64,000 bases of DNA from Auanema rhodensis (GCA_964057225.1 OZ059896.1:2542001-2606000), one strand, 5' to 3'. Counted from the first letter of the stretch, positions 11,906-28,150 are shown. Made by a program: numbers and translations. Notes: generated by a model not told the origin, from the letters alone.

Positions 11906-14900
11906 AAAGTTCACGTAAATTTCAAAGTCATGGTTACCATGCACCAATATCAATAAAATTTTGTTTTTAGACTAATATGGACATGGGGAATCTAATTTTG
12001 AAAACCGCATCTCTTTATTTTTCACGTGAAGCGAGTTACATACCAAGTGCACATCACGTGTACATTTAATTAGCATAAATTAAAGTTCACGTAAATTTCA
12101 AACTCATGGTTACCATGCACCAATATCAATAAAAATTTGTTTTTAGACTAATATGTACATGGAGAATCTAATTTTAAAAACCGCATCTCTTTATCTTTCA
12201 CGTGAAGCGAGTTACATACCAAGTGCACATCACGTGTACATTTAATTAGCATAAATTAAAGTTCACGTAAATTTCAAACTCATGGTTACCATGCACCAAT
12301 ATCAATAAAAATTTGTTTTTAGACTAATATGGACATGGAGAATCTAATTTTGAAAACCGCATCTCTTTATCTTTCACGTGAAGCGAGTTACATACCAAGT
12401 GCACATCACGTGTACATTTAATTAGCATAAATTAAAGTTCACGTAAATTTCAAAGTCATGGTTACCATGCACCAATATCAATAAAATTTTGTTTTTAGAC
12501 TAATATGGACATGGGGAATCTAATTATGAAAACCGCATCTCTTTATCTTTCACGTGAAGCGAGTTACATACCAAGTGCACATCACGTGTACATTTAATTA
12601 GCATAAATCAAAGTTCACGTAAATTTCAAAGTCATGGTTACCATGCACCAATATCAATAAAATTTTGTTTTTAGACTAATATGGACATGGGGAATCTAAT
12701 TTTGAAAACCGCATCTCTTTATTTTTCACGTGAAGCGAGTTACATACCAAGTGCACATCACGTGTACATTTAATTAGCATAAATTAAAGTTCACGTAAAT
12801 TTCAAACTCATGGTTACCATGCACCAATATCAATAAAAATTTGTTTTTAGACTAATATGGACATGGAGAATCTAATTTTAAAAACCGCATCTCTTTATCT
12901 TTCACGTGAAGCGAGTTACATACCAAGTGCACATCACGTGTACATTTAATTAGCATAAATTAAAGTTCACGTAAATTTCAAAGTCATGGTTACCATGCAC
13001 CAATATCAATAAAATTTTATTTTTAGACTAATATGGACATGGGGAATCTAATTTTGAAAACCGCATCTCTTTATCTTTCACGTGAAGCGAGTTACATACC
13101 AAGTGCACATCACATGTACATTTAATTAGCATAAATTAAAGTTCACGTAAATTTCAAACTCATGGTTACCATGCACCAATATCAATAAAAATTTGTTTTT
13201 AGACTAATATGGACATGGAGAATCTAATTTTGAAAACCGCATCTCTTTATCTCTCACGTGAAGCGAGTTACATACCAAGTGCACATCACGTGTACATTTA
13301 ATTAGCATAAATTAAAGTTCACGTAAATTTCAAACTCATGGTTACCATGCACCAATACCAATAAAAATTTGTTTTTAGACTAATATGAACATGGAGAATC
13401 TATTTTTAAAAACCGCATCTCTTTATCTTTCACGTGAAGCGAGTTACATACCAAGTGCACATCACGTGTACATTTAATTAGCATAAATTAAAGTTCACGT
13501 AAATTTCAAACTCATAGTTACCATGCACCAATATCAATAGAAATTTGTTTTTAGACTAATATGGACATGGAGAATCTAATTTTGAAAACCGCATCACTTT
13601 ATCTTTCACGTGAAGCGAGTTACATACCAAGTGCACATCACGTGTACATTTAATTAGCATAAATTAAAGTTCACGTAAATTTCAAAGTCATGGTTACCAT
13701 GCACCAATATCAATAAAATTTTGTTTTTAGACTAATATGGACATGGGGAATCTAATTTTGAAAACCGCATCTCTTTATTTTTCACGTGAAGCGAGTTACA
13801 TACCAAGTGCACATCACGTGTACATTTAATTAGCATAAATTAAAGTTCACGTAAATTTCAAACTCATGGTTACCATGCACCAATATCAATAAAAATTTGT
13901 TTTTAGACTAATATGTACATGGAGAATCTAATTTTAAAAACCGCATCTCTTTATCTTTCACGTGAAGCGAGTTACATACCAAGTGCACATCACGTGTACA
14001 TTTAATTAGCATAAATTAAAGTTCACGTAAATTTCAAACTCATGGTTACCATGCACCAATATCAATAAAAATTTGTTTTTAGACTAATATGGACATGGAG
14101 AATCTAATTTTGAAAACCGCATCTCTTTATCTTTCACGTGAAGCGAGTTACATACCAAGTGCACATCACGTGTACATTTAATTAGCATAAATTAAAGTTC
14201 ACGTAAATTTCAAAGTCATGGTTACCATGCACCAATATCAATAAAATTTTGTTTTTAGACTAATATGGACATGGGGAATCTAATTATGAAAACCGCATCT
14301 CTTTATCTTTCACGTGAAGCGAGTTACATACCAAGTGCACATCACGTGTACATTTAATTAGCATAAATCAAAGTTCACGTAAATTTCAAAGTCATGGTTA
14401 CCATGCACCAATATCAATAAAATTTTGTTTTTAGACTAATATGGACATGGGGAATCTAATTTTGAAAACCGCATCTCTTTATTTTTCACGTGAAGCGAGT
14501 TACATACCAAGTGCACATCACGTGTACATTTAATTAGCATAAATTAAAGTTCACGTAAATTTCAAACTCATGGTTACCATGCACCAATATCAATAAAAAT
14601 TTGTTTTTAGACTAATATGGACATGGAGAATCTAATTTTAAAAACCGCATCTCTTTATCTTTCACGTGAAGCGAGTTACATACCAAGTGCACATCACGTG
14701 TACATTTAATTAGCATAAATTAAAGTTCACGTAAATTTCAAAGTCATGGTTACCATGCACCAATATCAATAAAATTTTATTTTTAGACTAATATGGACAT
14801 GGGGAATCTAATTTTGAAAACCGCATCTCTTTATCTTTCACGTGAAGCGAGTTACATACCAAGTGCACATCACATGTACATTTAATTAGCATAAATTAAA

Positions 14901-15476
14901 GTTCACGTAAATTTCAAACTCATGGTTACCATGCACCAATATCAATAAAAATTTGTTTTTAGACTAATATGGACATGGAGAATCTAATTTTGAAAACCGC
15001 ATCTCTTTATCTCTCACGTGAAGCGAGTTACATACCAAGTGCACATCACGTGTACATTTAATTAGCATAAATTAAAGTTCACGTAAATTTCAAACTCATG
15101 GTTACCATGCACCAATACCAATAAAAATTTGTTTTTAGACTAATATGAACATGGAGAATCTATTTTTAAAAACCGCATCTCTTTATCTTTCACGTGAAGC
15201 GAGTTACATACCAAGTGCACATCACGTGTACATTTAATTAGCATAAATTAAAGTTCACGTAAATTTCAAACTCATAGTTACCATGCACCAATATCAATAG
15301 AAATTTGTTTTTAGACTAATATGGACATGGAGAATCTAATTTTGAAAACCGCATCACTTTATCTTTCACGTGAAGCGAGTTACATACCAAGTGCACATCA
15401 CGTGTACATTTAATTAGCATAAATTAAAGTTCACGTAAATTTCAAAGTCATGGTTACCATGCACCAATATCAATAA
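11906..15476. repeat. Tandem duplication of a 10-monomer (1760-bp) unit
   Basis: Private SNPs cacatgtaca (13111/14871), ctctcacgtg (13251/15011), taatatgaac (13381/15141) and gcatcacttt (13591/15351) all sit at offset 1760. Confidence 0.92.
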
Positions 15477-18400
15477 TATTTTGTTTTTAGACTAATATGG
15501 ACATTAGGAATCTAATTTTGAAAACCGCATCTCTTTATCTTTCACGTGAAGCGAGTTACATACCAAGTGCACATCACGTGTACTTTTAATTAGCATAAAT
15601 TAAAGTTCACGTAAATTTCAAACTCATGGTTACCATGCACCAATATCAATAAAAATTTGTTTTTAGACTACTATGGACATGGAGAATCTAATTTTGAAAA
15701 CCGCATCTCTTTATCTTTCACGTGAAGCGAGTTACATACCAAGTGCACATCACGTGTACATTTAATTAGCATAAATTAAAGTTCACGTAAATTTCAAACT
15801 CATGGTTACCATGCACCAATATCAATAAAAATTTGTTTTTAGACTAATATGGACATGGGGAATCTAATTTTGAAAACCGCATCTCTTATCTTCCACGTGA
15901 AGCGAGTTACTTACCAAGTGCACATCACGTGTACATTTAATTAGCATAAATTAAAGTTCACGTAATTTTCAAAGTCATGGTTACCATGAACCAATATCAA
16001 TGAATATTTGTTTTTAGACTAATATGGACATGGGGAATCTAATTTTGAAAATCGCATCTCTTTATCTTTCACGTGAAGCGAGTTACATACCAAGTGCACA
16101 TCACGTGTACATTTAATTAGCATAAATTAAAGTTCACGTAAATTTCAAACTCATGGTTACCATGCACCAATATCAATAGAAATTTGTTTTTAGACTAATA
16201 TGGACATGGAGAATCTAATTTTGAAAACCGCATCTCTTTATCTTTCACGTGAAGCGAGTTACATACCAAGTGCACATCACGTGTACATTTAATTAGCATA
16301 AATTAAAGTTCACGTAAATTTCAAAGTCATGGTTACCATGCACCAATATCAATAAAAATTTGTTTTTAGACTAATATGGACATGGGGAATCTAATTTTGA
16401 AAACCGCATCTCTTTATCTTTCACGTGAAGCGAGTTACATACCAAGTGCACATCACGTGTACATTTAATTAGCATAAATTAAAGTTCACGTAAATTTCAA
16501 AGTCATGGTTACCATGCACCAATATCAATAAAATTTTGTTTTTAGATTAATATGGACATGGGGAATCTAATTTTGAAAACCGCATCTCTTTATCTTTCAC
16601 GTGAAGCGAGTAACATACCAAGTGCACATCACGTGTACATTTAATTAGCATAAATTAAAGTTCACGTAAATTTCAAACTCATGGTTACCATGCACCAATA
16701 TCAATAAAAATTTGTTTTTAGACTAATATGGACATGGAGAATCTAATTTTGAAAACCGCATCTCTTTATCTTTCACGTGAAGCGAGTTACATACCAAGTG
16801 CACATCACGTGTACATTTAATTAGCATAAATTAAAGTTCACGTAAATTTCAAAGTCATGGTTACCATGCACCAATATCAATAAAATTTTGTTTTTAGACT
16901 AATATGGACATGGGGAATCTAATTATGAAAACCGCATCTCTTTATCTTTCACGTGAAGCGAGTTACATACCAAGTGCACATCACGTGTACATTTAATTAG
17001 CATAAATCAAAGTTCACGTAAATTTCAAAGTCATGGTTACCATGCACCAATATCAATAAAATTTTGTTTTTAGACTAATATGGACATGGGGAATCTAATT
17101 TTGAAAACCGCATCTCTTTATTTTTCACGTGAAGCGAGTTACATACCAAGTGCACATCACGTGTACATTTAATTAGCATAAATTAAAGTTCACGTAAATT
17201 TCAAACTCATGGTTACCATGCACCAATATCAATAAAAATTTGTTTTTAGACTAATATGGACATGGAGAATCTAATTTTAAAAACCGCATCTCTTTATCTT
17301 TCACGTGAAGCGAGTTACATACCAAGTGCACATCACGTGTACATTTAATTAGCATAAATTAAAGTTCACGTAAATTTCAAAGTCATGGTTACCATGCACC
17401 AATATCAATAAAATTTTATTTTTAGACTAATATGGACATGGGGAATCTAATTTTGAAAACCGCATCTCTTTATCTTTCACGTGAAGCAAGTTACATACCA
17501 AGTGCACATCACGTGTACATTTAATTAGCATAAATTAAAGTTCACGTAAATTTCAAACTCATGGTTACCATGCACCAATATCAATAAAAATTTGTTTTTA
17601 GACTAATATGGACATGGAGAATCTAATTTTGAAAACCGCATCTCTTTATCTTTCACGTGAAGCGAGTTACATACCAAGTGCACATCACGTGTACATTTAA
17701 TTAGCATAAATTAAAGTTCACGTAAATTTCAAACTCATGGTTACCATGCACCAATATCAATAAAAATTTGTTTTTAGACTAATATGGACATGGAGAATCT
17801 AATTTTAAAAACCGCATCTCTTTATCTTTCACGTGAAGCGAGTTACATACCAAGTGCACATCACGTGTACATTTAATTAGCATAAATTAAAGTTCACGTA
17901 AATTTCAAAGTCATGGTTACCATGCACCAATATCAATAAAATTTTATTTTTAGACTAATATGGACATGGGGAATCTAATTTTGAAAACCGCATCTCTTTA
18001 TCTTTCACGTGAAGCGAGTTACATACCAAGTGCACATCACGTGTACATTTAATTAGCATAAATTAAAGTTCACGTAAATTTCAAACTCATGGTTACCATG
18101 CACCAATATCAATAAAAATTTGTTTTTAGACTAATATGGACATGGAGAATCTAATTTTGAAAACCGCATCTCTTTATCTTTCACGTGAAGCGAGTTACAT
18201 ACCAAGTGCACATCACGTGTACATTTAATTAGCATAAATTAAAGTTCACGTAAATTTCAAACTCATGGTTACCATGCACCAATACCAATAAAAATTTGTT
18301 TTTAGACTAATATGGACATGGAGAATCTATTTTTAAAAACCGCATCTCTTTATCTTTCACGTGAAGCGAGTTACATACCAAGTGCACATCACGTGTACAT

Positions 18401-21400
18401 TTAATTAGCATAAATTAAAGTTCACGTAAATTTCAAACTCATAGTTACCATGCACCAATATCAATAGAAATTTGTTTTTAGACTAATATGGACATGGAGA
18501 ATCTAATTTTGAAAACCGCATCTCTTTATCTTTCACGTGAAGCGAGTTACATACCAAGTGCACATCACGTGTACATTTAATTAGCATAAATTAAAGTTCA
18601 CGTAAATTTCAAAGTCATGGTTACCATGCACCAATATCAATAATATTTTGTTTTTAGACTAATATGGACATTAGGAATCTAATTTTGAAAACCGCATCTC
18701 TTTATCTTTCACGTGAAGCGAGTTACATACCAAGTGCACATCACGTGTACTTTTAATTAGCATAAATTAAAGTTCACGTAAATTTCAAACTCATGGTTAC
18801 CATGCACCAATATCAATAAAAATTTGTTTTTAGACTAATATGGACATGGAGAATCTAATTTTGAAAACCGCATCTCCTTATCTTTCACGTGAAGCGAGTT
18901 ACATACCAAGTGCACATCACGTGTACTTTTAATTAGCATAAATTAAAGTTCACGTAAATTTCAAACTCATGGTTACCATGCACCAATATCAATAAAAATT
19001 TGTTTTTAGACTAATATGGACATGGGGAATCTAATTTTGAAAACCGCATCTCTTATCTTCCACGTGAAGCGAGTTACTTACCAAGTGCACATCACGTGTA
19101 CATTTAATTAGCATAAATTAAAGTTCACGTAATTTTCAAAGTCATGGTTACCATGAACCAATATCAATGAATATTTGTTTTTAGACTAATATGGACATGG
19201 GGAATCTAATTTTGAAAACCGCATCTATTTATCTTTCACGCGAAGCGAGTTACATACCAAGTGCACATCACGTGTACATTTAATTAGCATAAAGTAAAGT
19301 TCACGTAAATTTCAAACTCATGGTTACCATGCACCAATATCAATAAAAATTTGTTTTTAGACTAATATGGACATGGAGAATCTAATTTTGAAAACCGCAT
19401 CTCTTTATCTTTCACGTGAAGCGAGTTACATACCAAGTGCACATCACGTGTACATTTAATTAGCATAAATTAAAGTTCACGTAAATTTCAAACTCATGGT
19501 TACCATGCACCAATATCAATAAAAATTTGTTTTTAGACTAATATGGACATGGGGAATCTAATTTTGAGAACCGCATCTCTTTATCTTCCACGTGAAGCGA
19601 GTTACATACCAAGTGCACATCAAGTGTACATTTAATTAGCATAAATTAAAGTTCACGTAATTTTCAAAGTCATGGTTACCATGAACCAATATCAATGAAT
19701 ATTTGTTTTTAGACTAATATGGACATGGGGAATCTAATTTTGAAAACCGCATCTATTTATCTTTCACGCGAAGCGAGTTACATACCAAGTGCACATCACG
19801 TGTACATTTAATTAGCATAAAGTAAAGTTCACGTAAATTTCAAACTCATGGTTACCATGCACCAATATCAATAAAAATTTGTTTTTAGACTAATATGGAC
19901 ATGGGGAATCTAATTTTGAAAAACGCATCTCTTTATCTTTCACGTGAAGCGAGTTACATACCAAGTGCACATCACGTGTACATTTAATTAGCATAAATTA
20001 AAGTTCACGTAAATTTCAAAGTCATGGTTACCATGCACCAATATCAATAAAATTTTGTTTTTAGACTAATATGGACATGGGGAATCTAATTTTGAAAACC
20101 GCATCTTTTTATCTTTCACGTGAAGCGAGTTACAAACCAAGTGCACATCACGTGTACATTTAATTAGCATAAATTAAAGTTCACGTAATTTTCAAAGTCA
20201 TGGTTACCATGAACCAATATCAATGAATATTTGTTTTTAGACTAATATGGACATGGAGAATCTAATTTTGAAAACCGCATCTCTTTATCTTTCACGTGAA
20301 GCGAGTTACATACCAAGTGCACATCACGTGTACATTTAATTAGCATAAAGTAAAGTTCACGTAAATTTCAAAGTCATGGTTACCATGCACCAATATCAAT
20401 AAAATTTTGTTTTTAGACTAATATGGACATGGGGAATCTAATTTTGAAAACCGCATCTCTTTATCTTTCACGTGAAGCGAGTTACATACCAAGTGCACAT
20501 CACGTGTACATTTAATTAGCATAAATTAAAGTTCACGTAAATTTCAAACTCATGGTTACCATGCACCAATATCAATAAAAATTTGTTTTTAGACTAATAT
20601 GGACATGGAGAATCTAATTTTAAAAACCGCATCTCTTTATCTTTCACGTGAAGCGAGTTACATACCAAGTGCACATCACGTGTATATTTAATTAGCATAA
20701 ATTAATGTTCACGTAAATTTCAAAGTCATGGTTACCATGCACCAATATCAATAAAATTTTGTTTTTAGACTAATATGGACATGGGGAATCTAATTTTGAA
20801 AACCACATCTCTTTATCTTTCACGTGAAGCGAGTTACATACCAAGTGCACATCACGTGTACATTTAATTAGCATAAATTAAAGTTCACGTAATTTTCAAA
20901 GTCATGGTTACCATGAACCAATATCAATGAATATTTGTTTTTAGACTAATATGGACATGGGGAATCTAATTTTGAAAACCGCATCTATTTATCTTTCACG
21001 CGAAGCGAGTTACATACCAAGTGCACATCACGTGTACATTTAATTAGCATAAAGTAAAGTTCACGTAAATTTCAAACTCATGGTTACCATGCACCAATAT
21101 CAATAAAAATTTGTTTTTAGACTAATATGGACATGGAGAATCTAATTTTGAAAACCGCATCTCTTTATCTTTCACGTGAAGCGAGTTACATACCAAGTGC
21201 ACATCACGTGTACATTTAATTAGCATAAATTAAAGTTCACGTAAATTTCAAACTCATGGTTACCATGCACCAATATCAATAAAAATTTGTTTTTAAACTA
21301 ATATGGACATGGGGAATCTAATTTTGAAAACCGCATCTCTTTATCTTCCACGTGAAGCGAGTTACATACCAAGTGCACATCAAGTGTACATTTAATTAGC

Positions 21401-24284
21401 ATAAATTAAAGTTCACGTAATTTTCAAAGTCATGGTTACCATGAACCAATATCAATGAATATTTGTTTTTAGACTAATATGGACATGGGGAATCTAATTT
21501 TGAAAACCGCATCTATTTATCTTTCACGCGAAGCGAGTTACATACCAAGTGCACATCACGTGTACATTTAATTAGCATAAAGTAAAGTTCACGTAAATTT
21601 CAAACTCATGGTTACCATGCACCAATATCAATAAAAATTTGTTTTTAGACTAATATGGACATGGGGAATCTAATTTTGAAAAACGCATCTCTTTATCTTT
21701 CACGTGAAGCGAGTTACATACCAAGTGCACATCACGTGTACATTTAATTAGCATAAATTAAAGTTCACGTAAATTTCAAACTCATGGTTACCATGCACCA
21801 ATATCAATAAAATTTTGTTTTTAGACTAATATGGACATGGGGAATCTAATTTTGAAAACCGCATCTCTTTATCTTTCACGTGAAGCGAGTCACATACCAA
21901 GTGCACATCACGTGTACATTTAATTAGCATAAATTAAAGTTCACGTAAATTTCAAAGTCATGGTTACCATGCACCAATATCAATAAAAATTTGTTTTTAG
22001 ACTAATATGGACATGGAGAATCCATTTTTAAAAACCGCATCTCTTTATCTTCCACGTGAAGCGAGTTACATACCAAGTGCACATCACGTGTACATTTAAT
22101 TAGCATAAATTAAAGTTCACGTAATTTTCAAAGTCATGGTTACCATGAACCAATATCAATGAATATTTGTTCTTAGACTAATATGGACATGTAGAATCTA
22201 ATTTTGAAAACCGCATCTCTTTATCTTTCACGTGAAGCGAGTTACATACCAAGTGCACATCACGTGTACATTTAATTAGCATAAAGTAAAGTTCACGTAA
22301 ATTTCAAAGTCATGGTTACCATGCACCAATATCAATAAAATTTTGTTTTTAGACTAATATGGACATGGGGAATCTAATTTTGAAAACCGCATCTCTTTAT
22401 CTTTCACGTGAAGCGAGTTACATACCAAGTGCACATCACGTGTACATTTAATTAGCATAAATTAAAGTTCACGTAAATTTCAAACTCATGGTTACCATGC
22501 ACCAATATCAATGAAAATTTGTTTTTAGACTAATATGGACATGGAGAATCTAATTTTAAAAACCGCATCTCTTTATCTTTCACGTGAAGCGAGTTACATA
22601 CCAAGTGCACATCACGTGTATATTTAATTAGCATAAATTAATGTTCACGTAAATTTCAAAGTCATGGTTACCATGCACCAATATCAATAAAAATTTGTTT
22701 TTAGACTAATATGGACATGGGGAATCTAATTTTGAAAACCGCATCTCTTATCTTCCACGTGAAGCGAGTTACATACCAAGTGCACATCACGTGTACATTT
22801 AATTAGCATAAATTAAAGTTCACGTAAATTTCAAACTCATGGTTACCATGCACCAATATCAATAAAAATTTGTTTTTAGACTAATATGGACATGGAGAAT
22901 TTAATTTTGAAAACCGCATCTCTTTATCTTTCACGTGAAGCGAGTTACATACCAAGTGCACATCACGTGTACATTTAATTAGCATAAAGTAAAGTTCACG
23001 TAAATTTCAAACTCATGGTTACCATGCACCAATATCAATAAAAATTTGTTTTTAGACTAATATGGACATGGGGAATCTAATTTTGAAAAACGCATCTCTT
23101 TATCTTTCACGTGAAGCGAGTTACATACCAAGTGCACATCACGTGTACATTTAATTAGCATAAATTAAAGTTCACGTAAATTTCAAAGTCATGGTTACCA
23201 TGCACCAATATCAATACAATTTTGTTTTTAGACTAATATGGTCATGGGGAATCTAATTTTGAAAACCGCATCTCTTTATCTTTCACGTGAAGCGAGTTAC
23301 ATACCAAGTGCACATCACGTGTACATTTAATTAGCATAAATTAAAGTTCACGTAAATTTCAAACTCATGGTTACCATGCACCAATATCAATAAAATTTTG
23401 TTTTTAGACTAATATGGACATGGGGAATCTAATTTTGAAAACCGCATCTCTTTATCTTTCACGTGAAGCGAGTCACATACCAAGTGCACATCACGTGTAC
23501 ATTTAATTAGCATAAATTAAAGTTCACGTAAATTTCAAAGTCATGGTTACCATGCACCAATATCAATAAAAATTTGTTTTTAGACTAATATGGACATGGA
23601 GAATCCATTTTTAAAAACCGCATCTCTTTATCTTCCACGTGAAGCGAGTTACATACCAAGTGCACATCACGTGTACATTTAATTAGCATAAATTAAAGTT
23701 CACGTAAATTTCAAACTCATGGTTACCATGCACCAATATCAATAAAAATTTGTTTTCAAACTAATATGGACATGGGGATTCTAATTTTGAAAACCGCATC
23801 TCTTTATCTTTCACGTGAAGCGAGTTACATACCAAGTGCACATCACGTGTACATTTAATTAGCATAAATTAAAGTTCACGTAAAATTCAAAGTCATGGTT
23901 ACCATGCACCAATATCAATAAAATTTTGTTTTTAGACTAATATGGACATGGGGAATCTAATTTTGAAAACCGCATCTTTTTATCTTTCACGTGAAGCGAG
24001 TTACATACCAAGTGCACATCACGTGTACATTTAATTAGCATAAATTAAAGTTCACGTAAATTTCAAAGTCATGGTTACCATGCACCAATATCAATAAAAT
24101 TTTGTTTTTAGACTAATATGGACATGGGGAATCTAATTTTGAAAACCGCATCTCTTTATCTTTCACGTGAAGCGAGTCACATACCAAGTGCACATCACGT
24201 GTACATTTAATTAGCATAAATTAAAGTTCACGTAAATTTCAAAGTCATGGTTACCATGCACCAATATCAATAAAAATTTGTTTT

Positions 24285-27200
24285 TAGACTAATATGGACA
24301 TGGAGAATCCATTTTTAAAAACCGCATCTCTTTATCTTCCACGTGAAGCGAGTTACATACCGAGTGCACATCACGTGTACATTTAATTAGCATAAATTAA
24401 AGTTCACGTAAATTTCAAACTCATGGTTACCATGCACCAATATCAATAAAAATTTGTTTTCAAACTAATATGGACATGGGGATTCTAATTTTGAAAACCG
24501 CATCTCTTTATCTTTCACGTGAAGCGAGTTACATACCAAGTGCACATCACGTGTACATTTAATTAGCATAAATTAAAGTTCACGTAAAATTCAAAGTCAT
24601 GGTTACCATGCACCAATATCAATAAAATTTTGTTTTTAGACTAATATGGACATGGGGAATCTAATTTTGAAAACCGCATCTTTTTATCTTTCACGTGAAG
24701 CGAGTTACATACCAAGTGCACATCACGTGTACATTTAATTAGCATAAATTAAAGTTCACGTAAATTTCAAAGTCATGGTTACCATGCACCAATATCAATA
24801 AAATTTTGTTTTTAGACTAATATGGACATGGGGAATCTAATTTTGAAAACCGCATCTCTTTATCTTTCACGTGAAGCGAGTTACATACCAAGTGCACATC
24901 ACGTGTACATTTAATTAGCATAAATTAAAGTTCACGTAAATTTCAAACTCATGGTTACCATGCACCAATATCAATAAAAATTTGTTTTTAGACTAATATG
25001 GACATGGGGAATCTAATTTTGAAAACCGCATCTCTTATCTTCCACGTGAAGCGAGTTACATACCAAGTGCACATCACGTGTACATTTAATTAGCATAAAT
25101 TAAAGTTCACGTAATTTTCAAAGTCATGGTTACCATGAACCAATATCAATGAATATTTGTTTTTAGACTAATATGGACATGGGGAATCTAATTTTGAAAA
25201 CCGCATCTATTTATCTTTCACGCGAAGCGAGTTACATACCAAGTGCACATCACGTGTACATTTAATTAGCATAAAGTAAAGTTCACGTAAATTTCAAACT
25301 CATGGTTACCATGCACCAATATCAATAAAAATTTGTTTTTAGACTAATATGGACATGGGGAATCTAATTTTGAAAAACGCATCTCTTTATCTTTCACGTG
25401 AAGCGAGTTACATACCAAGTGCACATCACGTGTACATTTAATTAGCATAAATTAAAGTTCACGTAAATTTCAAAGTCATGGTTACCATGCACCAATATCA
25501 ATACAATTTTGTTTTTAGACTAATATGGTCATGGGGAATCTAATTTTGAAAACCGCATCTCTTTATCTTTCACGTGAAGCGAGTTACATACCAAGTGCAC
25601 ATCACGTGTACATTTAATTAGCATAAATTAAAGTTCACGTAAATTTCAAACTCATGGTTACCATGCACCAATATCAATAAAATTTTGTTTTTAGACTAAT
25701 ATGGACATGGGGAATCTAATTTTGAAAACCGCATCTCTTTATCTTTCACGTGAAGCGAGTCACATACCAAGTGCACATCACGTGTACATTTAAATAGCAT
25801 AAATTAAAGTTCACGTAAATTTCAAAGTCATGGTTACCATGCACCAATATCAATAAAAATTTGTTTTTAGACTAATATGGACATGGAGAATCCATTTTTA
25901 AAAACCGCATCTCTTTATCTTCCACGTGAAGCGAGTTACATACCAAGTGCACATCACGTGTACATTTAATTAGCATAAATTAAAGTTCACGTAAATTTCA
26001 AACTCATGGTTACCATGCACCAATATCAATAAAAATTTGTTTTCAAACTAATATGGACATGGGGATTCTAATTTTGAAAACCGCATCTCTTTATCTTTCA
26101 CGTGAAGCGAGTTACATACCAAGTGCACATCACGTGTACATTTAATTAGCATAAATTAAAGTTCACGTAAAATTCAAAGTCATGGTTACCATGCACCAAT
26201 ATCAATAAAATTTTGTTTTTAGACTAATATGGACATGGGGAATCTAATTTTGAAAACCGCATCTTTTTATCTTTCACGTGAAGCGAGTTACATACCAAGT
26301 GCACATCACGTGTACATTTAATTAGCATAAATTAAAGTTCACGTAAATTTCAAAGTCATGGTTACCATGCACCAATATCAATAAAATTTTGTTTTTAGAC
26401 TAATATGGACATGGGGAATCTAATTTTGAAAACCGCATCTCTTTATCTTTCACGTGAAGCGAGTTACATACCAAGTGCACATCACGTGTACATTTAATTA
26501 GCATAAATTAAAGTTCACGTAAATTTCAAACTCATGGTTACCATGCACCAATATCAATAAAAATTTGTTTTTAGACTAATATGGACATGGGGAATCTAAT
26601 TTTGAAAACCGCATCTCTTATCTTCCACGTGAAGCGAGTTACATACCAAGTGCACATCACGTGTACATTTAATTAGCATAAATTAAAGTTCACGTAATTT
26701 TCAAAGTCATGGTTACCATGAACCAATATCAATGAATATTTGTTTTTAGACTAATATGGACATGGGGAATCTAATTTTGAAAACCGCATCTATTTATCTT
26801 TCACGCGAAGCGAGTTACATACCAAGTGCACATCACGTGTACATTTAATTAGCATAAAGTAAAGTTCACGTAAATTTCAAACTCATGGTTACCATGCACC
26901 AATATCAATAAAAATTTGTTTTTAGACTAATATGGACATGGGGAATCTAATTTTGAAAAACGCATCTCTTTATCTTTCACGTGAAGCGAGTTACATACCA
27001 AGTGCACATCACGTGTACATTTAATTAGCATAAATTAAAGTTCACGTAAATTTCAAAGTCATGGTTACCATGCACCAATATCAATACAATTTTGTTTTTA
27101 GACTAATATGGTCATGGGGAATCTAATTTTGAAAACCGCATCTCTTTATCTTTCACGTGAAGCGAGTTACATACCAAGTGCACATCACGTGTACATTTAA

Positions 27201-28150
27201 TTAGCATAAATTAAAGTTCACGTAAATTTCAAACTCATGGTTACCATGCACCAATATCAATAAAATTTTGTTTTTAGACTAATATGGACATGGGGAATCT
27301 AATTTTGAAAACCGCATCTCTTTATCTTTCACGTGAAGCGAGTCACATACCAAGTGCACATCACGTGTACATTTAATTAGCATAAATTAAAGTTCACGTA
27401 ATTTTCAAAGTCATGGTTACCATGCACCAATATCATTAAAAATTTGTTTTTAGACTAATATGGACATGGAGAATCCATTTTTAAAAACCGCATCTCTTTA
27501 TCTTCCACGTGAAGCGAGTTACATACCAAGTGCACATCACGTGTACATTTAATTAGCATAAATTAAAGTTCACGTAAATTTCAAACTCATGGTTACCATG
27601 CACCAATATCAATAAAAATTTGTTTTCAAACTAATATGGACATGGGGATTCTAATTTTGAAAACCGCATCTCTTTATCTTTCACGTGAAGCGAGTTACAT
27701 ACCAAGTGCACATCACGTGTACATTTAATTAGCATAAATTAAAGTTCACGTAAAATTCAAAGTCATGGTTACCATGCACCAATATCAATAAAATTTTGTT
27801 TTTAGACTAATATGGACATGGGGAATCTAATTTTGAAAACCGCATCTTTTTATCTTTCACGTGAAGCGAGTTACATACCAAGTGCACATCACGTGTACAT
27901 TTAATTAGCATAAATTAAAGTTCACGTAAATTTCAAAGTCATGGTTACCATGCACCAATATCAATAAAATTTTGTTTTTAGACTAATATGGACATGGGGA
28001 ATCTAATTTTGAAAACCGCATCTCTTTATCTTTCACGTGAAGCGAGTTACATACCAAGTGCACATCACGTGTACATTTAATTAGCATAAATTAAAGTTCA
28101 CGTAAATTTCAAACTCATGGTTACCATGCACCAATATCAATAAAAATTTG
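24285..28150. repeat. 9-monomer higher-order repeat (1583 bp), about 2 tandem copies
   Basis: ggtcatgg at 25527/27110 and the deletion monomer at 25031/26614 give offset 1583 = 9x176-1. Ends are approximate. Confidence 0.85.

Larger units (their letters stand above)
1..19005. repeat. Satellite haplotype domain I
   Basis: Enriched for the variants ggacattagg (1952, 5648, 8463, 11102, 15502, 18669), gtactttt, aataatattt, aatagaaat, ataaatcaaa, ttatttttcacg and atatgtacat, which I do not see after about 19 kb. The right boundary is gradual and approximate. Confidence 0.75.
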
